This document shows, one piece after another, positions 29,208 to 37,285 of a stretch of DNA of 64,000 nt. This DNA is from Oligoflexia bacterium (lineage in GTDB: Bacteria; Bdellovibrionota; Bdellovibrionia; JABDDW01). The position numbers were made by a program, and so were the translations under genes. Where the stretch lies: assembly GCA_043732305.1 (NCBI GenBank), contig JAYTHU010000231.1, forward strand, positions 28,807 to 92,806. The letters are read 5' to 3'. Under the pieces are notes generated by a model, which was given only the letters and a program-made list of their open reading frames with translations, ran no database searches and was not told the DNA's origin. Position 1 is the first letter of the stretch. Each line of letters begins with the position of its first letter.

Positions 29208-30524
29208 TCAAATCAGGGGCCCTATGACTCGTCCCAATCCTTCAGCGAGGTCAACCCAGTATCCGTTTCGTAGGTTAGCGATGGAAGATTCTGAGAATGA
29301 ATTTCTAAACCAATTTTCAACTTGGGAAATACCGGCAGGTGATAGCAATGAAACACCAATCTCATAGTTTAAGAGAAGACTTCTCATATCAAAATTTGCG
29401 GATCCAATAACAGCATTCGTCTCATCAAAGAGAACAGCTTTTGCGTGCATCATCCTCGGATAAAAATTAATTCGGCAGCCCGACTGAGAAAGTTGTTTGA
29501 GATAAGTTCCACGAGCTAAATCTGCAAGGAAGTGATTTGAATTTTTAGGCACTAGAATTTGAACGTCCACTCCCCGCTTTCCGGCCAACTCCAAAGCCTT
29601 TGCTAATGACTCATCGGGAATAAAGTAAGGAGTCGCTATCCATACTTTCTTTTTTGCGCCATAGATTGAGGTCAATAACGAATCATAGAGGGCATCCGCT
29701 TTCACATCAGGACCGCTCGGAATAATTTGGGCCATATTGTTACTAGAATTTCCCTCAGCACCGCTTCCTTTTATCAGCAAAGTTTCACCGGTCACGAATT
29801 TCCAATCTTGTCGAAAAATAGCTTCCGTATCACGAGCGGAGGCGCCCTCAATGACAACGCACAAATCCATCCATGTGGAGGGGTTTGAATATAGCCCCAT
29901 ATACTCTCTCGCAATATTTACTCCACCTAAAAGAACTTTTTCCGAATCAACGCTTAAGATTTTCCGGTGATTTCTAAAATTTGATCGCCCCTTAGTTGGC
30001 AAGTGGATCAAAGGCATAAACTGGGCTATCTGACCACCGCAGTTTTTAAATTCTTTGAACGAAGGTTTATTGACCCAAAGAGCGCCAAGTGAATCCAACA
30101 ACACTCGAACCACAACTCCTTCTTTGGCTTTTTTCTCTAAAAGTTTGACCAAGGATTTTCCAACATCGTCATTGGCAAAAATAAAAGTCGAAAGGTAAAT
30201 AGTATTTTTAGCCGATTCTAAAAGCTTCTCGATATTCGAATAAATCTCTTCCTCTGAAGATACTAAATGGATACTTCGATTCTCCTTGGGACGTAGCAGT
30301 CCATCGATATCTTTGTTTTGTGGTTGATTCTTAAATTTACGATTGCTTAGAAAAATATAAACGGGAATCCCTACGTAAGGGATAGTAGCAACAAAGAATA
30401 ACCATGCTAAGGTGCTGCCAGGAGGTTTTTGCGTGCGTCGAAGAATATATGAAATAAAAATCAACGTGAGTACAAAATTTACAACGACGTACGAATGGTG
30501 AAGCGGCCAGGTCTCTATTTTCAT
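29208..30524 (-). CDS. cls: Cardiolipin synthase (PLD family)
   Basis: N-terminal TMs with STLAWL; two HKD motifs, RNHRKILSVD and MHAKAVLFD. Confidence 0.9.
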   Translation of the reverse strand: MKIETWPLHHSYVVVNFVLTLIFISYILRRTQKPPGSTLAWLFFVATIPYVGIPVYIFLSNRKFKNQPQNKDIDGLLRPKENRSIHLVSSEEEIYSNIEKLLESAKNTIYLSTFIFANDDVGKSLVKLLEKKAKEGVVVRVLLDSLGALWVNKPSFKEFKNCGGQIAQFMPLIHLPTKGRSNFRNHRKILSVDSEKVLLGGVNIAREYMGLYSNPSTWMDLCVVIEGASARDTEAIFRQDWKFVTGETLLIKGSGAEGNSSNNMAQIIPSGPDVKADALYDSLLTSIYGAKKKVWIATPYFIPDESLAKALELAGKRGVDVQILVPKNSNHFLADLARGTYLKQLSQSGCRINFYPRMMHAKAVLFDETNAVIGSANFDMRSLLLNYEIGVSLLSPAGISQVENWFRNSFSESSIANLRNGYWVDLAEGLGRVIGPLI

Positions 30525-30544
30525 CGTAACATTATAACTTATTT

Positions 30545-31285
30545 ATGAAAAAACTTAGAGTATTATCCTACAATATGCACAAGGGATTCAGCGGTGGAAT
30601 TCCCAAGTATACCTTCCATCAGATGAGAGCGGAAATCAGGAAACTTGCGCCCGATTTAGTTTTTCTCCAAGAAGTTCAAGGAAATCACTTTGAGCTCATC
30701 GCGGGAGAAATGTGGCCGCATTTTTCATATGGGAAAAACGTCATTCGCCCACGGGGCCATCATGGCAACGCTTTTCTGAGTAAATTTCCGATTTTATTTT
30801 CGGAAAACATCAATATTTCACAGAATCGATTGGAGAAGAGAGGCCTTCTGCATGTTGTTCTGCAACAAGCGCCTGACCTTCCAAAACTACATGCGATCTG
30901 TACCCACCTCAATTTATTTGAAGCTAGCCGCCGAGTACAACTTGAGAAGATCGCTCTTCACATCAAAAACAATATTCCCGAAGTGGATTCACTGATATTG
31001 GCTGGAGATTTCAACGATTGGAGACAAAGTGCCGATGGCATTTTATCAAAAAGTTTAAAACTTACTGAAGCCTTTAAAAAACTTCATGGAAAACACGCCA
31101 AATCTTTTCCCTCAAATTTTCCGATGTTGTCCTTAGACAGGGTTTATTTTCGAGGCTTTCAAACTCACAGAGCTCTATGCTTGAATATGCCGCCGTGGAA
31201 TAAACTTTCGGACCATCTACCTCTATACGTCGAACTTCGCGAAGCAACTCATGAAAGCCAACCAATTATTTCTTCTCGACGATAG
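30545..31285 (+). CDS. Endonuclease/exonuclease/phosphatase family protein (YbhP-like)
   Basis: SYNMHKG, FLQEV, HGNA, CTHL, GDFNDW, LDRVY, SDHLP motifs. Confidence 0.9.
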   Translation: MKKLRVLSYNMHKGFSGGIPKYTFHQMRAEIRKLAPDLVFLQEVQGNHFELIAGEMWPHFSYGKNVIRPRGHHGNAFLSKFPILFSENINISQNRLEKRGLLHVVLQQAPDLPKLHAICTHLNLFEASRRVQLEKIALHIKNNIPEVDSLILAGDFNDWRQSADGILSKSLKLTEAFKKLHGKHAKSFPSNFPMLSLDRVYFRGFQTHRALCLNMPPWNKLSDHLPLYVELREATHESQPIISSRR

Positions 31286-31558
31286 TTTCCTCCTAAAATT
31301 TCACCCCAGGATCAACTTCATCGTCGCGCAAACACACGTGGGCTTCATCTTTGCTTTCTTTCATGACGACGGAGCCTTTCATAGCTCTGTGTAGGGTGAG
31401 TTGCTCGATTCGCTTTTCTGAGTATTCGTTAATTTTCAGTTTTAAGTAATTTCAATAACTTGCCATGCTTCAATTGTCGCTCTTGTCTACTCGTGACCGT
31501 CAGTTTCGACGGGGGACGTTCCACAATTGGAGCGGAAAAGTTTTTTACTTTGTAAAGA

Positions 31559-32725
31559 TTAAGAAAAAGTGACGCGAGAATCAATGGGTAGACGAATCAA
31601 AAAGACTAGTCTGAGTACTAGCAAAAGACATACACTCAAAAGGACTGGGATCATATTTTCAACTTGGACTTTGCTTCCAACAAAAAATCCTAAACATACA
31701 CCCAGATCAATTAAAAAATTGAGGGTGCCGAGGCGTCTTCCCAAACTAATTTCTGGTCCACTAATTCCCGCGTAAATCTGCAAGTAAAAAGAAAATAAAG
31801 GACAACAACAAATATAAAGCGAAGAAAAACCAATCACAACAAATGCTCTTTTTGAGATGAAGGCATAAATGATAAAACCTAAAGCTAATATGGTAATGGG
31901 TAAGAAAAACTGTTTGAGTTTTGCAGTTTCAATTTTTCTTATAAGCAACAGACCAATTAAGCTTGCTATTCCTCCACAAACCCAAAAAGCTGATACAAGA
32001 GATACAGATTTAAACAAAAGAATCTTTTGTACAAAAAAGGGATTCAATGGGATTGAAACTAAGCCAACCAAAATACATCCAAAAATAAAATCAACCGACT
32101 TTAATCCCGCCAACTCCGCTAATATTTCAGAGCTCTTCATAATATCTTTAATTTTTTGTGTTAAAATTAATTCTCTTTTTGTAAGTAGATAGGACTGTAT
32201 GATACCAGCCCCAATATATAGTGTTGCGCAAAAGAAAATGGCCATAAAACCGAAATAGATAAAAATGAGCGGACCTGCACCAAAACCAATCAGTTTTGCG
32301 CACGTCACCAAAAATGTGCGATTGAAGAATCTGTGTTTTAATTCCGCAGTCGAGAAGCCGGCAAGAAGCCACTTAGACTCAACTACATTGCTCATAGCTA
32401 AAATAAAATATAACAAAGGCAGGCTATAAATTGCAAAAACTAGATGTTTTGTTTTCAAAAAGGCAGAAATTGCCATCACTAGTAAAGCACAAAGGAATTG
32501 GCAAACAACGGCTGCGCGCTTTTGGAACCTGGAATCTGATATGATTCCCCCAAGCAAATCAAATCCTAGCGATCCTAAAATAGCGGAAAAATATATTTGA
32601 GAAAGATTATAATCGTTGTGATTCAGCGAAGACAAGAGAAGTGGAAAGCCAGTCCAAAAGAGACAACCAGCTAAAGTACTCATCAACGAAGACCCAAGAA
32701 GCAAAATCATCTTACACCTATCCAA
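31559..32725 (-). CDS. MFS exporter (divergent, about 12 TM)
   Basis: Hydrophobic helices throughout; motif-A-like GGIISDSRFQKR; overlaps the TauD gene by 19 nt. Confidence 0.7.
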   Translation of the reverse strand: MDRCKMILLLGSSLMSTLAGCLFWTGFPLLLSSLNHNDYNLSQIYFSAILGSLGFDLLGGIISDSRFQKRAAVVCQFLCALLVMAISAFLKTKHLVFAIYSLPLLYFILAMSNVVESKWLLAGFSTAELKHRFFNRTFLVTCAKLIGFGAGPLIFIYFGFMAIFFCATLYIGAGIIQSYLLTKRELILTQKIKDIMKSSEILAELAGLKSVDFIFGCILVGLVSIPLNPFFVQKILLFKSVSLVSAFWVCGGIASLIGLLLIRKIETAKLKQFFLPITILALGFIIYAFISKRAFVVIGFSSLYICCCPLFSFYLQIYAGISGPEISLGRRLGTLNFLIDLGVCLGFFVGSKVQVENMIPVLLSVCLLLVLRLVFLIRLPIDSRVTFS

Positions 32726-33327
32726 TAACGCCGAAGAAATCTTGCTGAGTCTTCTGCTAACCTTCCCCTACGATGTAAGTATCTATTGTTGTCAATTATT
32801 AGCAAATCGTGCTTTTCCCAATAAAATGTAACTCGAAACTTTTCACTTTCTTTGATCGCCTTGCAAATACTTCTAACAACGCTTTCCGATTTTTTTTGAG
32901 CTACTAACCAAGGACAAAAATACATTATTTCAACGCCCTTGATATTTCTTAGAAGCATCGGTACGTGAGAAGTCTCTTTAACACCATTTACCTCCGTAAA
33001 AATTTTTCTCATTTTGCATTTAACCGTATTGGAAATGATATTCTGAATATTAAGCCCGTCTAGAATTTCTGTTGCTTCCCGTGGCTGCGAACCCGGATTA
33101 TAGCAATGCCAAGCGATCCATTGTGCCTCGGGTGCATCATTGTGCCAAGCTATCGGTTCCTTTTTAAAAACTTTCGAGTTTTTTAACGGCATCAATTTTA
33201 CATCTGTAACGAGCAAAATCTTACCTAAATATTTAATAACTGACTCAGCACTATCTTTTTTAATGTTTTTGATTAAAACAAAACCATTTGGTCTGAGTTC
33301 TTCGGCCAATATCTTTTTAATCATCAC
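32707..33327 (-). CDS. TauD/TfdA-family Fe(II)/2-oxoglutarate dioxygenase
   Basis: Facial triad WHND...YLH, DLLIIDN, and the 2OG-binding R in RFLRRYW. Confidence 0.8.
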   Translation of the reverse strand: MMIKKILAEELRPNGFVLIKNIKKDSAESVIKYLGKILLVTDVKLMPLKNSKVFKKEPIAWHNDAPEAQWIAWHCYNPGSQPREATEILDGLNIQNIISNTVKCKMRKIFTEVNGVKETSHVPMLLRNIKGVEIMYFCPWLVAQKKSESVVRSICKAIKESEKFRVTFYWEKHDLLIIDNNRYLHRRGRLAEDSARFLRRYWIGVR

Positions 33328-33774
33328 TTATTCCACCATCTCTGGGAAATGCTTTGCGACAAGTCTCAAGGTGTTATCAATCATCTCTTTTTCACAACTG
33401 TGACTAATGAATGTGCCCTTGAGTCCCGCGTAAGGAAAGTGATGCAAATATTTACCGAAGATCAAATTACAATTTTTTTTGTAATTTCTTGTGTCGAGAA
33501 TATGCAAATGCCAAAATTCGTCGATCTCATAGGTGGGAACTATAAACTGCCGCGGGTACCTCTTGCATAAATACAAGAATATCCTGTATTGTTCTCCAAC
33601 TTGATGCGCTTTTTCTTTGCTCCAGCCATATCCTGAGGGCCCGCTAAGGCTTTTAGTCTTAATCCGATTTAAGTTAAGTGTGTCAAGAACCGACAAACCA
33701 GTTCTTAGTTTCTTAAATTGTTTTTCTCCAAATAACTTTTTTGGAGAGTTAAACATATAGTATTTAGATTTCAT
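33328..33774 (-). CDS. GRDP/DUF1399-like ('glycine-rich domain-containing protein-like') protein without a Gly-rich tail
   Basis: QYRIFLYL...IVPTYEIDEFWHLHILDTRNY...C...FGKYLHHFPY; SD GAGG. Confidence 0.7.
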   Translation of the reverse strand: MKSKYYMFNSPKKLFGEKQFKKLRTGLSVLDTLNLNRIKTKSLSGPSGYGWSKEKAHQVGEQYRIFLYLCKRYPRQFIVPTYEIDEFWHLHILDTRNYKKNCNLIFGKYLHHFPYAGLKGTFISHSCEKEMIDNTLRLVAKHFPEMVE

Positions 33775-33796
33775 GACATTTCCTCAATTGAAAAAT

Positions 33797-33819
33797 GCTA
33801 CGGCCTTAAGGTGACCGTA
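33797..33819 (-). terminator. Stem-loop between the small ORF and the GRDP-like gene (stabiliser or attenuator)
   Basis: Minus strand TACGGTC-ACCTTAA-GGCCGTA (7-bp stem with one G-U), just after the sORF stop; only a short U run follows. Confidence 0.5.
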
Positions 33820-33829
33820 CCGAAGCTAC

Positions 33830-33883
33830 TTATTTATAGCTGGTAGGATTTCCAGTTTTATACGACCATTTGATTTTTTTCAT
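33830..33883 (-). CDS. 17-aa small ORF MKKIKWSYKTGNPTSYK (candidate RiPP precursor or leader peptide)
   Basis: SD AAGAAAGGAGG, then AAAT, then ATG at 33883; TAA at 33830; first ORF of the operon. Confidence 0.65.
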   Translation of the reverse strand: MKKIKWSYKTGNPTSYK

Positions 33884-33903
33884 ATTTCCTCCTTTCTTGA
33901 ATT

Positions 33904-33979
33904 AACTCAAATCTGCAAGGTAGGGGCCAATGGATATTTACAGAACATGCGCCTCCCTTATTCACCTAAGATTTGAGTT
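33904..33979. repeat. Perfect 11-bp inverted repeat enclosing 54 bp
   Basis: AACTCAAATCT (33904-33914) and AGATTTGAGTT (33969-33979). Confidence 0.75.
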
Positions 33980-33981
33980 CC

Positions 33982-34008
33982 AAAAAAAAAGAAGTAGGCA
34001 CATCCTAC
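33982..34008 (-). terminator. Rho-independent terminator-like hairpin
   Basis: Minus strand GTAGG-ATGTG-CCTAC followed by TTC and T9. Confidence 0.55.
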
Positions 34009-34014
34009 ACATGC

Positions 34015-34043
34015 AAAATAATTTGCATTTCGCAAATTATTTT
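34015..34043. promoter_or_regulatory. Perfect 12-bp inverted repeat (operator or hairpin)
   Basis: AAAATAATTTGC-ATTTC-GCAAATTATTTT, overlapping a second palindrome ATGCAAA-ATAA-TTTGCAT at 34011-34028. Confidence 0.5.
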
Positions 34044-34159
34044 TTGCGGTTGGGAGAAATGAGGGTTCTCTAGCTAGGTAACTGAGGAATCATATATTCC
34101 GACTTAAAAAAAGTAGGATCTCGTCTAGGGGAAATAATACGGAGGGACTAAAACCTTGC

Positions 34160-34708
34160 TTACAGCTTTGATTTTTGTAACGCCTTAAGTTGTTCTAAGA
34201 AAATTTTCAATTTATCTAACATTCCTTCAGAGGCTGACCATTTCTTTACCTTTTCTAATTTGATGGGATGATTCTTAGCTACTAAAAGTGCCTGCTCTAA
34301 ACTCTGTCTATCCTTCCAATGATAGAAAGCCGCAAGACGGTCCATCACACACTGAGTAGGCGAAAGCAGTTTCAGAACAAATTTACCCGATTTAATTCTT
34401 GCCTCTGGCTTTTCTGGAGTATCACCAATCATGAGGGTCCTTCCAGGAAACTCTACATAAAACGAAGCTCCGGAATGATAAAAATCTTTACCCTCAATTT
34501 TAAAACCTAGGGAGTACATCACTTTCTCAATTTTTTGATGATCGACAATGCTAAGGAAATTAACATCTTTCGATTTATATTTGTTATTTGAATAAATAGA
34601 TACGACTGCGCCCCCAACAAGAATAACATCGATGTCATGTTTTTCTAATTCTGCAGCTACAGTGATCGCAAATTCCCAAAGTGACATTTTTTTATTTAAA
34701 CTTTTCAC
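34160..34708 (-). CDS. Nucleotidyltransferase-fold protein (AbiEii/type IV TA-like)
   Basis: VILVGGAVVSIYS...SKDVNF (GG...DxD-like, second Asp is Asn); paired with an upstream wHTH gene. Confidence 0.55.
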   Translation of the reverse strand: MKSLNKKMSLWEFAITVAAELEKHDIDVILVGGAVVSIYSNNKYKSKDVNFLSIVDHQKIEKVMYSLGFKIEGKDFYHSGASFYVEFPGRTLMIGDTPEKPEARIKSGKFVLKLLSPTQCVMDRLAAFYHWKDRQSLEQALLVAKNHPIKLEKVKKWSASEGMLDKLKIFLEQLKALQKSKL

Positions 34709-35033
34709 AATGCTTTGCCCGTTCTTCGTGGCCTCCGGCGCTGCCTATAATATTTTTTTTTTCTTCTGCTGAAATAAACATGAGGGCCTTTTCACAAAGC
34801 CGTTCCACTTCAATTTTGAGAGGATACCGTGGATTAAATGTGAACATACGAAGATTTCCTAAGTCTCGGCCAACAAGAATTTCACCTTTTTCCAGACGAA
34901 TGAGTTGTTTACGAACTTGTGACTTAGACAACTTGAATGTGTTGGCTATGCCAGAAATATTTCCTTCTCCGTAATTTGTTATATAGAGGAGAATGCGTTC
35001 GGCTGTCTTATTACCTACTAAGGATTCAAGCAT
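34692..35033 (-). pseudogene. Winged-HTH protein, frameshifted in an A10 run near the C-terminus
   Basis: wHTH motif (ISGIANTF...VRKQLIRLE...FNPRYP). A11 instead of A10 (34753-34762) gives ...KKKYYRQRRRPRRTGKAL* with a GTGA stop/start overlap at 34705-34708. Confidence 0.7.
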
Positions 35034-35144
35034 ATGTTTATATTAGCACAAAGTAGAACGATTGTACTATTTAATAGAACGGAAAAATTTGACTCGTTCC
35101 AAGAGCCGAAATTTTTACTAGTGATTTCAAATAGTTATCAGATT

Positions 35145-35234
35145 TGGTGGAGAGGGTGAGATTCGAACTCACGAACCCCGTGAAGGGTCTCCAGTTTTCA
35201 AGACTGGTGCGATCAACCGCTCTGCCACCTCTCC
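35145..35234 (-). tRNA. tRNA-Ser (anticodon UGA), encoded CCA end
   Basis: GGAGAGGTGGCAGAGCGGTTGATCGCACCAGTCTTGAAAACTGGAGACCCTTCACGGGGTTCGTGAGTTCGAATCTCACCCTCTCCACCA; long variable arm. Confidence 0.97.
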
Positions 35235-35256
35235 AAGTGACGGACATTTAAGGATT

Positions 35257-35285
35257 AATGTAAAAGTTCAGGGGGCTAGCGTCAA
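35257..35285 (-). promoter_or_regulatory. Sigma70 promoter for tRNA-Ser
   Basis: TTGACG-17 nt-TACATT, 22 nt upstream of the tRNA; overlaps the last codons of the acyltransferase. Confidence 0.7.
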
Positions 35286-37280
35286 GTACCGACTTAACAT
35301 TTTATCGACCATTAGAGCCCCGCCATCTGCGGAGAGATGTTCTGCATCGGTGTACATCGACTTTCCGCCTCTGAAGATGCTGCAAATGCCATGGACGCAC
35401 ACCTCATCACCGGCATAAAACACTTTTACTCTAGAAGCAAAAAGAGCTTTCTGACGTTCGAGAATCGCCCAATAATTAGCTTGAGAAGCTTGATATTCAA
35501 TAAAGTTCGTATCACAAGACGAGCGAGCGGATTTAGAAAACCGAAAAGGCCTCGCACCCCCACAGTCCTTTGGACTTAAAATATCGAGTGCCATTTCCGG
35601 GTGGGCAGCATAAATAATCACTTTTTTTCCCGCATCGGTGAGACGTCGCAGACTTTTATTTAATCCATATTCATATGCTTCGCCTAAATTTTTGAAACTT
35701 TCGTTATTTTTTTGGATCGTAAAGCCAGTCGGATTTCCCCGCCTTACACCCGTGATATATGGCGCACCTAGCGTTACCATTATCACCGTTTTGATATTCT
35801 CGTTCTGCAAAAGATAATTCATTATTTCTTCGTTAGAAACAACACAAAATTCAGGCATGGATGTGTATTTCAATTGCACGTTTGCTAGTGTGGGACATCC
35901 GCTCTGTTCTAAAAGCAAAGGGAAATGCCCGTAATGCTCAAATCCCAATTGTATGGCTAAACTTAAACTGTCACCCCATACAGCTGTATCAGGGCTAACA
36001 TTTAATTTCTGTCTACAAAATCCGAAAGGAAGATTTTTAAGCTCTGAAGGGCAACCAAAGTTTTTATTTCGCTTGGTAAGAATATCGTGAGGATCTAAAA
36101 AACTCATTTTACTCAAGCCGTTTGATTCTAACCTGTACGGGAATCCTTCATTTTCATAGGTGGTAAAACCTATTAAAAATACCACTGATAAAAGAGCCAA
36201 TGAAAATCCAACAGTTTTTTGGCTCAGCTTTTTATTGTCCTTAAAATTTAATTTGCTTTGAATTGGCTTCTCAATAAATCTGTAAGTCACAAAAGCCAAA
36301 ACAAAAGATAAAATCAAGGCGCACGTTATCTGAAAATTAGAAATCTGACTCACTTCCGTGATGTGTAGTATTGAAAGCAGAGGCCAATGCCAGAGGTAAA
36401 GCGGATAGCTAATAAGTCCAATACCTACAGCCAAAGAATTCTCTAATATTATTTTACATATTTTAGAATGACCTCCAAAATATATCAGAAGTGCAGTGCT
36501 TATAGTTGGAACAAGAGCCCACCATCCAGGATAAGATAATTTTTCAGAATATTTCACGCATGTAATGAGAATCGATAAAATTCCTACGAGTGCCAGAAAT
36601 TCATAAACAATTTTTAATTTTATATTTTCGAGATGAACTTTTCGAGATGGAATAAAAATTAAGAGTGAACCGGCTGCAAATTGCCAGAGGCGCGTGGTCA
36701 TGCCAAAAAATACTGAAGAAGCGTCATGATTTATCTGAGTGACATTTAAAATCAAAGATGCGACGAGAAAAACTATAATCGGGACCTTAGGAAGACGATT
36801 CCAAATTTTATAAGTTAGGAAAAGAAAAAGCGGCCAAAAAAGATAAAATTGTTCTTCTACACCTAGCGACCAAAGATGAAGAAAAGGTTTTGTATTGGCA
36901 CTATGATCAAAATATCCAGCTTCTTTCCACAAGAGAAGGTTAGTCATGAAACTAGCAGCACCCATAAGATGTTTTCCGAAGGAAGCCATCTCATCAGGGA
37001 GAAAAATAAAATAACTGACTGCGGAAACAGTCAATGTCATGATTAAGAAAGCAGGAAGTAGCCTTCGGAATCTTCGAGCGTAAAAAGTCGAGAAATGAAA
37101 AATTCCTGCTTCCAGCTCTCGAAAAATAATTCCAGAAATCAAATAACCTGAGATGACAAAAAATACGTCGACGCCCACAAATCCACCCGGAAGCGCGTGA
37201 GGAAACCCGTGAAATATAAGAACTGCTAAAACTGCCCAGCATCGTATTCCATCTACATGCCGCTGGTAATTTGGAGCCAC
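35268..37280 (-). CDS. Acyltransferase-3 with C-terminal SGNH domain (OafA/OatA-like O-acetyltransferase)
   Basis: DGIRCWAV, GFVGVDVFFVISGYLI, HLWSLGVEEQFY, ISYPLYLWHWP; SGNH motifs GDS and DAEH. Confidence 0.92.
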   Translation of the reverse strand: MAPNYQRHVDGIRCWAVLAVLIFHGFPHALPGGFVGVDVFFVISGYLISGIIFRELEAGIFHFSTFYARRFRRLLPAFLIMTLTVSAVSYFIFLPDEMASFGKHLMGAASFMTNLLLWKEAGYFDHSANTKPFLHLWSLGVEEQFYLFWPLFLFLTYKIWNRLPKVPIIVFLVASLILNVTQINHDASSVFFGMTTRLWQFAAGSLLIFIPSRKVHLENIKLKIVYEFLALVGILSILITCVKYSEKLSYPGWWALVPTISTALLIYFGGHSKICKIILENSLAVGIGLISYPLYLWHWPLLSILHITEVSQISNFQITCALILSFVLAFVTYRFIEKPIQSKLNFKDNKKLSQKTVGFSLALLSVVFLIGFTTYENEGFPYRLESNGLSKMSFLDPHDILTKRNKNFGCPSELKNLPFGFCRQKLNVSPDTAVWGDSLSLAIQLGFEHYGHFPLLLEQSGCPTLANVQLKYTSMPEFCVVSNEEIMNYLLQNENIKTVIMVTLGAPYITGVRRGNPTGFTIQKNNESFKNLGEAYEYGLNKSLRRLTDAGKKVIIYAAHPEMALDILSPKDCGGARPFRFSKSARSSCDTNFIEYQASQANYWAILERQKALFASRVKVFYAGDEVCVHGICSIFRGGKSMYTDAEHLSADGGALMVDKMLSRYLTLAP

Positions 37281-37285
37281 TATTA

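Noticed and set aside
31310-31470. Minus-strand frame MASY*NYLKLKINEYSEKRIEQLTLHRAMKGSVV… as a gene remnant, and gtagggtgag as a tRNA-derived att copy
   Set aside because: No recognisable family; the match to the tRNA 3' end is only about 8 nt.
33907-33948. Second small ORF MFCKYPLAPTLQI after AAGGGAGG
   Set aside because: SD-to-ATG spacing is only 3 nt and the ORF lies inside an inverted-repeat stem. Kept only as part of the leader-structure finding.
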